Below are positions 12,640 to 26,700 of a stretch of 64,000 nucleotides of DNA, in pieces (position 1 is the first letter of the stretch; each line of letters starts with the position of its first letter). Both the position numbers and the translations under genes were made by a program. This stretch comes from Kudoa neothunni (taxonomy: Eukaryota > Animalia > Cnidaria). The stretch covers positions 1,375,158-1,439,157 of the forward strand of contig OZ199838.1 in the NCBI GenBank assembly GCA_964304625.1, given 5' to 3'. The notes beneath the pieces are model-generated. The model had not been told where the DNA came from and made no database searches. It saw only the letters and a program-made list of their open reading frames with translations.

Positions 12640-14103
12640 TCACGTGAGATCGACTTCTCCTTCAATTTCCTTTTTAACTCTCAACAAAAGAGTGGCGCAC
12701 CAATTATCCAGTCGGGATATTGAATCATATTTTTGAAGCTAATCAGCATAATACGTCAAATTAATCGTATGGATATAATGAGAGGGGTATACATGCTCGG
12801 TGAATGACAACGCATTTTCTTCCTCAACCGCTGTTATAATATTCTACCAAAACACACATTATTATAATCATTATTATTATTATTATCATTATTATTATTA
12901 TCATTATTATTATTATTATTATCATTATTATTATTATTATCATTATTATTATCATCATCATCATTATTATTATTATTATTATTATATATCAACTAAACAC
13001 AATAGCAAACACTAACTCGCATTAACAAACATTCACGACTGTCCATGAAATGAGGCGATAAATCACAATATTTGTCGATGCAACGTTTGGCGGCAAGCAC
13101 ATCCAAACAAAGATTACAAATAGTAGCCTTGAAATAGTACTCTTTAAGGGAATATTTAAGCAGATTAGAATCGAGGCATGATTCCGCTACCTACATAAAA
13201 TCAATTATTCGTGCGAGATGTTGTAGATTGGTTAAAAAATAACTTCTTCGAAAATTTTTATGGCTTTTTGATAATCTTCGTTGGTGGCCGCATATTCGGC
13301 TATTTTAAGTAGACATTTATTTGCCTGACTAAACAACAACAACAAAAGATACAATAGAATCCTTAATTAGGGGATAAATTTTAAATTGAATACATACGTT
13401 CTAGATTCTTCTCCCTTATAGAAATCAGCCGCTTTCTCCATAATATATCACAGCATTGTGCATATCTTTGAGTGATTGATCGTAAATCTCCGCTACCGTC
13501 ACCAAATGTTTAGCCGCCATACTAAAACGACCCTAAGCATGTTGAATGATTAGTATTCGGTATCGATATCAGTAATTTTGTTGAATACAACAACCTACCA
13601 TATCGACGTAGATATCAACCGCACTTTTGTAACAGTCAATAGCCACTATAAACACCTCAAACAAATTGTTTAATTAATCCTAATTAAACTTTTGTAATTT
13701 TCTTTGCGATAACAATTTCCGGCCTCAATAAAATTTTGAGTGGCATCCAGTGCATTTCGTAGCATATTCAAATTTATTGTGGCAGCCTCTTTGAACGAAT
13801 TACCAGCCTCTATCATTGAAACATTAGAATTCATGTTATTTTTCTCGACTCATAATGAAATACTCTCCCATGATTTCGATATTTTGAACATGTTTCCCGC
13901 TTTCACATACAACTCCACTGCACTCTCATACGAAGAAGAACCTCCGGATCTAAATTAAAAATAATAAATCCCATCATCAAATACACTGAAACTCAAACAA
14001 CAAACACCCACCCAAAAATCGAACTAAACAGTCCTGATGATTTGTTAGAACTTTTTCGTTGAGCCTGTTCAAATATAGCTTGAGCTTCAGTCTCACTAGT
14101 CAT
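12640..14103 (-). CDS. NAPA: Alpha-soluble NSF attachment protein (9 exons; apparent +1 frameshift at 13438-13439)
   Basis: Spliced peptides: MTSETEAQAIFEQAQRK...GLFSSIFG, KAGNMFKISKSW, GRFSMAAKHLVTVAEIY, EKAADFYKGEES, ANKCLLKIAEYAA, LLKYSLKEYYFKA, DSRECLLM and YDSISRLDNWCATLLLRVKKEIEGEVDLT*. Confidence 0.93.
12859..12984. repeat. (TAT/CAT)n microsatellite within an alpha-SNAP intron
   Basis: Seen directly; it explains the spurious poly-Y/H ORF 12800-13015. Confidence 0.95.
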
Positions 14104-14601
14104 TTTCTATTTTCGGCAATCATCGAGCTATAATCCCATCAACGGTGTTTGTGTTCTGTGGATTCGAGAACTATTACTCTGATATTACTTATTTGGTTTC
14201 ATCTTTTTTTTAATTAAATTCAATACAAGAATTCAGCTTGTATTCGGAATGATATTGATTTGGTATCATTCATTATCGCATCTACTCGCTCGTTAATATT
14301 TATATTGTTGAAACAATATAATTATATATTTATATTATATTTAATCATGCTAATTAAATATTTTATATTTTTGGAATTAAATTCAAAATTAAAAGAGATT
14401 TAAGTAATAATATTTGCGTATCTTACTTTCTTAACTATCCGGATGCTTGTGGGGTATATTAAAGATTAGTTTTTGCCGCCTTCCATCTATCTAAATTCAC
14501 TACAAACTAGGTCTATTCTTATAAAATTGCTTACATTATATGCCTGTTGAATAAGTGTTGAATTATCATTAATGAATGAAAAATAAAATAAAATAAAAAA
14601 T

Positions 14602-16363
14602 TATACATTTAGTGCGTTTGGGGTCAAATAGACCACAAGATTTTATTTTATCATTTTATGTATAAAATTATTATAAAACGTAATTGAGAATATTAGCAAA
14701 ATCTATTGGCGAAATAAAGAGAAAAATGAGATATACTTGAACGCGAGTTTATACGACTATACACGAACCGGGCTTATTATTATTATTAATTTATTATTAT
14801 TGTTATTATTGTTATTGTTGTTATTATTGTTATTGTTATGGAAATTTGTCTTCATGAAGACCTTTAATGAAATATATTCTATCGATTATAATTCCAACAT
14901 TTGTGAAATTATTGATTTATCTGAATATAATTGCAGAAACTTTAAAACTCTTCAAAATACTAAAAGAAAACTTTTTTAATAAAGTCTCTGATCTTAAGAA
15001 TGTTGCAACTCGGATAATCTTTAATATAACGGATTTTCTGACATATTTGTTGGTTGTTGGTGGAAATTTTTACTGAAATGTTGCGTGTAATGCCTATATG
15101 TTTGACTTTTATTATTATAATCATTGTTGCTAAGAGCTTTCAGTTATTGTAAATGATTCTTACCATGGTTTGAACATTTAGACCTAATAGGAGGAGTGTT
15201 ACGCGTATAATGAAAAAAAAATAAAACGAAGGAGTCATTTAGCACACTTTTTCTATTTAATAAAAAGAAAATTTTAGCCCCTTAAGTAAGTCAGTAAAAT
15301 AATAAGGTTTGTTAATTTTAGTCAATTCAACAGCTTATACTATTATATTGAAGGATTAAAAAAAGATGGGGTAGCATCAATTATTATAACTAAATTAAAT
15401 GAGCTTTGGATACGATTGATTGGATTTTCACCTCCGCAAGCTTAAAAGGATATTCCATATTCCATACGTGGGTCAGCAGATATTTTTCATAATATCGACA
15501 TAAATCTCTTAAACGCGTTTTGCTAACACAAAATGGTATTCGTTCGTGGAGAAACCAAACGAGCCTAATTTTTAGAGAATATCGTTAGCACGTTCCTTGG
15601 CGCTAAATTTGTAAATAAATCAAGAGCAGGAAACTCAACTAGCACCAATTTTGTTCCAAAAATTACGTAAAAATGTGTTGTAAGCCCAAGAAACAGTGAT
15701 CGTAAGACAATACATCTATGCGTTGTATGTAAGAAACATTCTGAATGTGCTTGTTTTAACTGTTCATTATACAAAAATAATATTGACATTATAATTTTCA
15801 TGCTTTTTCGGAATGAGATTTCTGTTTTTATGTATATAATAAATTATTAATTAGAGACAGAACGTCGATTTTATTGTACATCTGATATAAATAATGATAT
15901 TACAATGCGCTTAAACTCACAGATAATAATAGGGAAGGTCAAAGAAAATACATTTTAATTTTTACATTGTTACATGCGTTTAAGTTGAACTTTGGAGACC
16001 TTTTTAGTCCATTTTGTTGATAACTAATTTGCTGTGCCGTAAAGTTTTAATCTAATTAATTATATATGAGATAATTTATAACATATTATTTTTAATATTT
16101 TTGAAAGTTCTTATTAAATAATATTTCCTAAAAATTTATTTAACAAGAATATATAGTCCTAACATTGTTCGGTTGTTTTCGGCAAATCTCGCCGAAATGT
16201 TTTTTTATCAATATTGTGCGATTTTGTCGATAAAATATTTTTATTCTAGCATGATGAAGTTACAAAAATTACTTAAATTCATAATATTAAATAAAAAAGT
16301 GGGTTCTAATAGACTCCAAAAGCACTATGTGTATAGTCCATTTTGAGGCGCTCAGAGGGTTAA
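14602..16363 (+). mobile_element. Decayed piggyBac element
   Basis: Right end gcgctcagaggg-TTAA (16360-16363). Subterminal inverted repeats at about 14602-14636 and 16299-16335. Cys-rich C-terminal remnant DRKTIHLCVVCKKHSECAC near 15700-15755. Contains a (TTA/TTG)n tract at 14775-14838. Confidence 0.65.
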
Positions 16364-16661
16364 TGAAGTAACCTAGAAAAATTATTTTGTATTGAATTAA
16401 GATAAAATATGCATTTATCCTAATCTTTTAAAGTTATAAGTTATAACTTTAACTAAGAGATTAAGAGTTTTAGTTAGTAATGAAAAATACAACAATACTT
16501 GATTTGCTCGCTTTTAAGATTTTAATAGTAAAACAATTTTGAATATGGTTGGGTTTTAAGAGTTATTTTGAATTAATGTTTTGTTTTCAAAAACATTAAA
16601 ATTATAATATTTCTAAAAATTTATTATTTTTAATAATAAATTATGTGATTAATATTTAGAA

Positions 16662-17160
16662 CGGAGGTCGGCACCTATGGCCCGTCAATTATCATTATCC
16701 AGCCCGCCATACCATTCATTGACATACAAATTTTTCTTAATATCTAAAGTATCTAAAGTATCTAAATTATTTTTTATTTGGATCGTTTTTCCAAATGTTA
16801 TTATGTTGTCAATATAAATATTTTGGTCGACTAAAATTCATTTCTATTGAATCAGAAAAAACGAAATATACATGACGTCCAACATAAAGTTAAAATTATT
16901 TATACAAAATTGTCAAATATTTTCAAAAAGGCATATCTGATATTATTTGACATCGTCCAATAAATCATTCGTTCACAAGGTAAGCACGACTTCATTTCAC
17001 TGCACTTGCAAATTATTAGAATGCAATACTTTTGATTTGACGTGCTTTTGTAGTTTGAATAATCGTTATAAATTCTTATTTAAATTAAAAATAATTGAAC
17101 ATTTTAGTAGATTAATATTAATACGGCCCACCACTCCTAAAGATCGCCGACCGACCCCTG
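16662..17160. mobile_element. hAT-type MITE (499 bp)
   Basis: Ends CGGAGGTCGG / CCGACCCCTG, subterminal GGCCC motifs, 8-bp TSD atttagaa/atttggag (6/8). Confidence 0.6.
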
Positions 17161-18422
17161 ATTTGGAGGAATATTTTTAGCATAAAACTTCAGGCAATAT
17201 ACAATGATTGAACTAATACAAAATCCAACTAAAGTTCAAAAATTCATTCAATATTATAAATAGTGTGATTTTTTTATTACGTTAAATATTTTATATCGAC
17301 ATGATATAATCAATATCGTTAGTTGCTTAAAAAGATGATTAGATTGTTATCATTTTAGGTATTTTAATTAAACAATTATTCACATACTCAAAAGCAGATA
17401 ATTCATGTTCCTAATTCGAATTTAAAAAATTTCTCGTAAAATATTGCTGAAAACAGTTATCCCAGTGGTGTGGAATTCGATTCCCGTACGTGTGTGTCTC
17501 TCTCCCAAAATTGAAGCTGTTGTCAGGGTGTAATTGAACTATAAGTTTAATATAATCCTCAGTTTTAATTCGATCTAGCAGAGTTGGTTTAATTAGAAGT
17601 CGAATCGTCGGGGATGCACTTACAGACATGAAATATTTGTGTAGTCAAAGTCCGCATAGATAGGATTTGGGGTAGAGGTCTCTTCGAAGCAAGGAATTTT
17701 AATAGGCTAAAATCCCACATTACCGCAGAGAGATAAATGCGAGGAGACAGATGTTACTCGTCTTGCGGTGGCTATAGCGCTAATAGGGGTGGTCTAACCA
17801 ACTATAACTCCACAACCTAATAATTCGCATTATGGGTTTTACCTTGTAAAAAAAACAATTGTATATAGAAATACATTAACATATTACAGTAGTGCCTTAG
17901 TATTTAATCACTTGATATAGTGTTTTTTTAAATTTTGGTAATTATTTACTGTGTGATTCCAAAAATTCATCCTGATATCGCTTGTTATTCTTTCGATATT
18001 TTTCATAATTATGGTTAATCATAAATAAACAATAAAAAATCCTAAAAAACTACAAATTTTAATTTTTTAATCTATTTTTTGTCGGGCATTCTTTATATAT
18101 ATATATAGATAGAAAATTTTAAATATTAATACGAGAAAAGATGACGCTAAATGTGTGTAATTTTACATCCACTCAAATTTCCTCATATTCGATGTTTATA
18201 ATAAATTCCGCCTAAAAACCCTAACTTAATTTTATTTTAATATTACAATATAAATTACGACACAAACTAAAACTCATGATTTTCGATATAAGTAGAGCAT
18301 TCTCACAATAGAAAAACTAAAATTTTAATTGATTTTAATAATATCCGAAAAAACTCATTAATTTTATTGAAATTTATCATCAAAAGTTTTAAGATGTCAA
18401 CTAAGTCTCAACTTCGTTAATT

Positions 18423-18432
18423 CGCATGCGCA
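18423..18432 (+). promoter_or_regulatory. NRF1-like element upstream of NDUFAF7
   Basis: CGCATGCGCA ends 22 nt before the ATG at 18455. Confidence 0.55.
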
Positions 18433-18454
18433 GCTTTTTAAAAATCTTCAAAAT

Positions 18455-21400
18455 ATGATAAATAAGATATTCGGAAAATCTTATCGGATCTGTTGTGTAA
18501 ACATAATTATTTATTAACCACTTTACCTAGCTTAAATAAGTCTAAGGGTTTCAGATGGAAAAATAGTGAAACTATTAGAACCATGTGTTTGAACACTTCC
18601 ACAAATACAACACTTGAAGATAACATAAAAAAAGTGATAAAATTAACAGGACCTATTCCAATTCGCCATTATATCAACGAATGCCTATATAATACAAAAT
18701 ATGTAAATGTTTATTCATTGTATCATAGTGTATTGATTTTATTAGGGTTATTATGTGAATGGCGCTAAAATTGGTCTTACTAGTGGTGATTTTATAACAG
18801 CCCCTCAAAAGTCATCATTATTTTGTTTGGTATTATTTTTTAAATTTTTCTATATACCAACTGAGTGGTATAATTTTTTGTAGTTAGTAGCACACTGTGT
18901 GCGTTATGAGTTACAGAATATCTGCGAGAGCACCGATTCCAAAGTTACTTTGGTTGAGCTGGGCGCTGGTAAAGGAAATCTAATTTCAACCTTATTAGAC
19001 GTAATAGTTGTTTATTTTATATTTTCATAAAGTTAATTGGAACTTAGTTGGTAGGTAATGAATATGAAAAAGTGGAACAGGTTTGTTTGGTGGAGTGTAG
19101 TCCTGAATATCGCGAGCAACAATTTAAACGTTTAAAATGTCGACCTATTTTAGATTCTGATTTTAAACCTGAAACTGATAAAGTATTTAAAGGTTTAATT
19201 AATTATAATTTATCTCCGTAGAAGTTAGTTTCGGGAATTACACCAAACAATGTTAAAATACATTGGTGCAACACAATTTATGAGCTTGATTGTTTTAAAA
19301 CAACTCCAAGTAATTAGATTAGCTCAAATGATATAACTCAAATTGAAAAGATCCATTTATATTTTACTGCAACGAATACTTTGATACTATACCAGTTCAA
19401 CAATATGTGGTAAATATCGTTATTATAGGGGCAGCCCATTCGCATTATCTCCCTTCATATTTTTAATCCTCTACGCATGTTTTAATTAATTAAATTATTA
19501 GCTTCGCTTTTTAAATGATCAAAAGTTAAGAATAAAATATTGATGAGTTGATTTAAAAGAAAATTCATATAATCAATAAATCAGTGTTACTATAAAATTA
19601 ACTTAAATTTAGCTTCATCTTGCGTAAAGAATTAAAATCATAAGGGCGTTGGGCTGTGAATTTGAAATGGGGAATATTAAAATACATTTTATTGCAAGAA
19701 AACGATTGAAAATGACGACAGTTCATGGAAAGCAGTGCACATCGGATTGGATGAGAAGACCGAGTAAGAACAAATCCGTTTTTATTTATTATTTTTAAAT
19801 ATTATTATTTTTAAAGTTTTATTGGTTATAATGACACTTCTTAAAAATATTACCAACCTTAAAACTTTATTAACAACTATATCCTGGAAAATCTACTTCA
19901 TCAATAAGAGAAATGAATATTTTGATTTTGTATATAAATTTTTCATATATTAAATAATTATTTAAAAATTATAATAATTGCGAATCTTATTTCATAAATA
20001 AGAATGTTAGTTTTTAGCTTGCTTTATACCCAGACCTGATGATGCATGCCGTAAATTTCAAATGATTATATGATTATTTATTATGCCTGGTTTTTACCCC
20101 AAATCTGGACGGTGCGTAAGTTCAAATGCGGATTAATCAATTTAAATTGTTTTGAGTAAATTTTTATTGCAATAAAATCTCCAGAAATTAATAGTTTTAA
20201 AGATACTTGCTTATGGGCTCTAAGTCACCTTAACCTTATATACTTCAAAACGAGTATTTTTTCTATAAATACACCTAAGATTTGACAAAAATACCATTAT
20301 TAAATAGCCACTTTTTTTAATCTCTACCGATATCTTGGTGAGTATGATATTTATCGTGAAACGACCCTCAATGTTGAGAGTATTCTTTTAAGTCATTTCT
20401 GTCAGTTGATTTGAAGTATCAGTTATTTCTTGGATTAAATCCAGGAAATAAGCTAATTTGACTATCTTTTCTAACCAAGGATTTTATTTTGGAAAAAACT
20501 TCCTCACAATGATTCAAAAATGAAGACCAACGCACTAAGTAACGAATTTCATAGTCTTAGTTGTCGTAAAAACTCCGGACTACTCTGTTATAGAACCCTA
20601 CATTGTTCATAACAATAATAAAATTTTCATTTCTTAAAATATCAACAACCTTTTTTAAGAATGCTTGAAAAATCTCAGCATCCACACTTCTCTGGATAGC
20701 TTCCAACAAAACCACATTTATAGCGTTTACTACCCAAATTATTGTGACGTTTCGTCTTCGACTGATAGGTAAAATAGAGTCTGGAGTAGTCCCAACTAAA
20801 TAATGGCCGTGAGTTTGTATGAGATGTAAAGAAAAGGCTCTCTCATCAGCGAAAATTAGATTGCGATATCATAAGTTGATTGGGACTCCTGTATAGCGAT
20901 TGACATAATTTAACTTTTCTGCTTTTACGCTAGAAAAATGTTTGCTTATAGGAGTCGGCCTCGTCATTTTACAAGTTATATTTGACATATAAAGCCATTT
21001 ATATATGATAGATTCACAGACTTATGTTTCAAGTTGTATAATAATTCCATCCGGAGTGATAGTGTCATCATCCTCAATGATAGAAAGAGCTCTTCTTAAA
21101 TATCACATGTTAATTTGGTGTTTTTTCTCCACTTTCTTGATCCTTTAAGTCGTATTTTTTAATATCACTCAGTGTATAACGTGGAATTTTGAAATCTCCA
21201 GAAACTAGTTTCTGGGATTTGCCTTTCGTATTGACAAGATATACCGCAATTTCGCTAATTGAGTTTGAATGTTCGATTATTTTAGGCATCTTGGTCACTT
21301 CAATCGTGGATTTGAATTACACCTGATCCGGTTTTGAGTTATGAGCAGTCCGGATTCGGGGTGAAAACCCGGTAGCATTTTCGATAAAGCTCATTAAATT

Positions 21401-23270
21401 AACTTTCAGCGCGTAATAATATATTAATACAACTAAAATTAATTCAATATACAAAAGTAATATATTTGTTTATTGGGAATTATTTCTTTTCGAAAAGATC
21501 TATCAAGAGGTCTCAAAATTTTACAATAGAATTTATTGCAATGGAAAGCCTTCCTATCCTCAAAACATTCTGAAATCGTCAGTTTTAATTCGTATGTATT
21601 CTTGTTATACCATCTATTCATAAAAAATTTTCCCGACTGAAAATTTCGTTACTCTGGTTATAAGCCGGAAAGTGCTAATTAACCGTCACCTACTGTATTG
21701 AAATTCATTAATTACACGATCTACATTTTTTATTTAATTATATATATTGAATTATTCAACGACTTTTTATTTTAAGTATTTATGGGAGATTGTTGAATTT
21801 TAGTCTCCCCACTTGATAATTTTTGTTTCTATTCTGGTGGCACCGTAGAGCGTCTATCGTCTTTTTCATTTTTTAGCGATTGCCGGTAAACTGAAAATAT
21901 CTAATTATACAATTTACTATGGTACTTGACGATTCTATTTTTGGTTCAATTGTAGAACTCTTCATTCAAACAACAACAAATAATTTATATATTTGTTTTA
22001 TCCATCTCCTAAGTATAGTAGATCTTTTTAGGATTTTCAAATAAACTTTGTTTTATTTTTGGATATATTCAGAATATTATCAGCATTAATACGGTGAGGA
22101 TACATTAATGCAAAATACAAAGTGTTACCGATGTAGAATTTTGGCGCGAATTAAGTATACTTCAGATAACACATAATACTTTTTTTCAATCACATTTTTT
22201 TAGTAACTTTTAAAAATTTTAATGATATATATTTGAATTAATAATAATTAAAATATAAAATAACAGTGGTATCAACAATTTAATTAATTTTTTATTATTT
22301 AAGTTTATATAAAAAAATGTTCAACTACTCTCTCTCAAAGACAAATCTATGTGATTTCCCCACTATAATTTAACTCGATCGTTATTTCTAGTATAGTATT
22401 TATTTTTCTATCTGCAATTTTTTAGCTATCTTTATCAAGTAAATTCTTTAATTATTAAATATTAGATTACCTCGATAATTTTAAAAAAATTCATACTAAA
22501 ATATAAATGTCATAAAATAATAAAAATATATTTTTATAATAAAATATTAAAAGAAATTTTTAATTTTCATGTTGGTAGTCAACTGGCACTAACACTGAGA
22601 AAAGATCATCAATTAAAGCGATATGAAACTGAGATACTCCAAAAATATTATGGATCTCGTTCATGGGCAGAATTTTCCATGGAGGCATATGCTCAATGGC
22701 GATATTTGTTGGAGATAGTTGACAAAAGAAATGCCGGTTCAATTCTCAACATAGATTACGGTTACACCGGTGATCAGATTCCCAAATCGGTCACATTACG
22801 AGTAAGCAATTTGAATTAAATATCTTTTTAATTACTCTAACCCCTCTCTATCTCTAATAAGGCATTTAAAGATCACAAAGTAGTTTCAGTTTTGGACAAT
22901 CCTGGAAGTTGTGATATAACAGCTGATCTTGATTTTAATGCTTTTGAAAGTATTGTTCGACTGTATCCCAGTATATACATGTATTTATTATGTATTACAC
23001 GCATCACATTTAGAGCTTGTATCACATCGTGTGTTAACTCAGGCGGAGTTTTTATTCAATATGAAAATTGATCTATTTAAGGAAGTAGTTAGTTTGAATG
23101 TATAATATAGCTTATTGTTTGATTAGAAATTAAAACAATGGCTTCCTGATAAGAATGAATCGATCAATAACGACGTAAAATATCTCACAGATTCCGCATA
23201 CATGGGCTCAAGATTTAAAGTTCACCTTGTAGGGCACAAGCCCCAACCGTCTCCCTTATGCCACTTTTAA
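18455..23270 (+). CDS. NDUFAF7: Mitochondrial protein arginine methyltransferase NDUFAF7/MidA (about 12 exons)
   Basis: Spliced motifs: IKLTGPIPIRHYINECLYNTKY|GYY, GDFITAP, LVELGAGKG, LVECSP, NEYFDTIPVQQY, IDYG, TLR|AFKDHK, PGSCDITADLDF and MGSRFKV. A large intron at about 19763-22578 holds a transposon. Confidence 0.9.
20330..21300 (-). mobile_element. Decayed Tc1/IS630 transposase inside the NDUFAF7 intron
   Basis: N-terminal HTH-like ORF 21110-21298, LIFADES and SVDAEIFQAFLKKVVDIL...IIVMNN motifs, many stops. Confidence 0.7.
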
Positions 23271-23762
23271 CGCATAAATAAAAAATATTCTTCTTACTGT
23301 TTCACACATTTATTTTATCATAATATTTTTATTTATTAAAAAATATAATTTTTTTCCAATTAATTTATTTTATTCGAAAATAAGTATTTATTTGAGTGAG
23401 TTGTTTGTAAAGCCAACGAGAGATTAATTAAGAATTGTTTCAGTTTTATACTGCTGCTAGATTATATTTGAATAGATTTTGAGATAATTATAGTTGGGAG
23501 ATTGATATCACTAATCTGAATAGTTAATCTTCGATTTTTTATAATACTTGAAAATATTAGAATGTGAATGTGGTTTTTATTTGATTTATGATTGGTGTAA
23601 TAAATACCATACGGCGCACGCAACAATAATTATTATTTTATGTCCTGGTTCAACATCAACAATATCACATCCAATCTCACAAATATCAGCGCACAAATCA
23701 CCGATTACACTACTAAAAAGTTATCTGGTAAAATTTGCGCGATTATCTGCTTAAACTGTTAA

Positions 23763-26700
23763 ATGAATCCATCTATAGAACACACAGAATTTGACGTTAC
23801 TGAAGATGGACATATAACCAATCTCCCTTTAGAAGTACAATATTTAACTGTTTATTGTGTGAAATTAATTGTATTGGATTTTGTATCTAGCATGATTGTG
23901 AAAAATGTGCACCCATGCTAATCAAACTAAACAATGAATGTGTGCAGTTGAAACACAAAATTAAGGATCTTCTTCAGGATCGCAAGGAGATTTTTATCAA
24001 ACACGAACAAGCCACCAAACAACTCCATCAAACTCATCTCGACTCCACCAACAAGTTAATTCAACAGGAGACTGCCAAATGGGGCGTACACACAAAAAAT
24101 CTGCAGCGTCAAATCGAAAATTTGAACGATAAAGCCCAACTGTATCAAACCTCAAAGCAGCTAGTAGAGTAGGATTATTTCATTTATTTTTTATTCGATT
24201 TTTTAAATTTGTAGGGATCAGCTGAAAAATATATCCCAATTGCTTGAGATTTATGAAGTTGAGTCGGATATCGAAAAAAAAATTGATTGTATTTTTTTAA
24301 TTTTTGAATTGATTTCATCATTGTTGATTAAACGGTGGTCTTATTTATTTCTAGGTAAAAGACAACTTCATTCAATGTGTGGAATAGTGACACATTTTGA
24401 TGAGCAGAAAGAAAGACAACAAATGAGTGATAACTCACAACAACTTCAGGAATACAAAGCCATTCTGAAGGAGGTAGACCAGTGTTTGGCAAAATGTCAA
24501 CAACAGCTGTTAGATCCGTCTAACGAACTTCAACTCGAAAAGTTGAAGGGTTGGGTAGTTGGTCTTATCCGAAATTCAGCACTTTCTTCTGAACTCAAAC
24601 AATCTATTCTCGACAATATTGCGCCACATGTGTCTAATCTGAACTACACGATTTTCATGGAACGGCTGTTAGAGGTGCTGTTAAATGCAACCCCACATTG
24701 TTATCTCCAATCAAACACCGAAAGCCCGCATTCTGCTGCTAAATACAGCAACAACTTGGAACAGCAGAAACAGTTGTACGAAAAGAAAATCCAACATCTG
24801 GAGCAAATGTGCGAAATTAACCAAAGAGAAACTCTTCGTGCGTCAGAAGAAATTCAGGAACATCTTAAAAATGAAATCGCTAGACTAAAAGACTCGATTA
24901 TTTCGGTATCTTTTGTGATGCTGTTACTCCACCTTTTATTTATTGTTATAACTCATTCCAAATAGATGGAAAAGGGACACATGGATGATCTGAGAATCAT
25001 GGAAGAACGTTGTCGGGATTTTCAACAAGACATCCAATCCAACATAGCCGAAACCAAGGCTTTGTCATCCCAGTTCAACGAGGAAAAGTATTTTATATTG
25101 CTTAATTGTTCAATTGTAATTTTATCTTTGTACATAATTATATAATTGGATAGTTTACTTTTTTTAATTGACTTGTTAAATTTTTTTCCTAAAGGTTATG
25201 TTACTAATTATTGTCCCTACATTCTTACTTTTCCAAATTAATACTGTACTACAATACATTTAATTACTCAGTTGTCATATGTAATTATATAATTAGCTAT
25301 CTTACCCATTTTTTCTTATTTTTCCTAATTTATCATACACCACAGAACCTTCATATTACGAGATTTTTTGAGGAGCTGGTTTCACGACGCTACGGTGAAG
25401 TTAATTATTTCATTGATTCTACGTTAAAATGTACACCGTATATAAAAATGTTTCTGTTAAATGTGAAATTTTTTTGAGAATCTGACATTATCTAATTATT
25501 GAAAATGTAAATTTTAAGTTATAACGAGATGTGCAATGTCGATACCCTGGTGTAATTAGACAATTGAAATAATTAATTACTTTACTCGTGTATGCGCTTA
25601 TATAATTAGTTCATTTAATCGCTTACTTTCAACTTCTTAATTTACATAAGTGGGTATATAATTATCCCGCCTACACACTTGGTTTCTCAATCGATTATGT
25701 AATTAAATGCTTTATTTACTTTTAATTTAATTTTAATTGTTCGGTTTTCATGAATAATTATATAATTAATTACCTCATTCATTTTCGACAATGGCTACTG
25801 CAAAGAATATATTTGATTTTAAGCGTTTGCGCGGATGCCGTTTTAATCTCAGCAACTCCCGTTTATAATCATAATCGAATTATCGAATAATAGAGTTAAT
25901 TTTTCAAATCCGTTGCGTTTAATTCTATTACACCAAACGAGCTAATTGGCGGGCTTGACATAATTGAATATAGCGGATTCTAAAAAATTAAACTTGTATA
26001 CACCTACAGTTTCTCAGTAAATCTTGCTGGATTAAAAAAATTCCAGAGCACTTGCGTACATTCCGTTTAGAATTGAAATTTACCGTGTCATTAACCTCCG
26101 CCCATTTCTAATGGATTATTCATTTAAATACCTTAGTTAATTTATTTTATAAATATATACCTTTATCAGTATTAATTATTTTAATTTTATCAATTTACTT
26201 TTTAAATAGGTACATTGTCTATTTTTAATGGTTAAATTTTGTAGGCATAAAAAGTGCTATTGTTTTATGTTATACTTCGGGTATCCCTATGGCAATATGG
26301 TTTTGATACCATGGTTACTCTCATGCCGATTTTTTACGAGATATTTTTTTTAATTCAAAATAATAAATTTATGATTGTGAATCAATTTATAACTGTTAAA
26401 TGTTAAATTGATGAAACTGAGATATTTTAATTTGCTTTCGTTTGACCTGATACAATTTTTTTAATATACTAAATTCCTAAAACTTTAATTTAAACAAAAT
26501 TTTATTTATGCATATAGATTCAATCATCGATGTTTAGTTTCTGTCAAATGAAATTATTTTTGTTCCATATGAACATATCTATCGACCAGAAACAATTTAC
26601 CATAACGGATTTAATGCTAACTTTCTTGATCTAACTTATGCGTGCATTGTATGATTAAGTAGGTGGTGGAGTTTTATGTTAATATATAAAATGTATACGT

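Noticed and set aside
12800-13015. Poly-Tyr/His ORF
   Set aside because: Antisense translation of an intronic (TAT/CAT)n microsatellite in alpha-SNAP.
14737-14979. Poly-Leu membrane-protein-like ORF
   Set aside because: A (TTA/TTG)n microsatellite inside a piggyBac relic.
22070-22200. Candidate NDUFAF7 exon (FWREL)
   Set aside because: The exon at about 19698-19762 (KTIENDDSSWKAVHIGLD) fits both flanking phases, while this segment has an upstream stop and no compatible boundaries.
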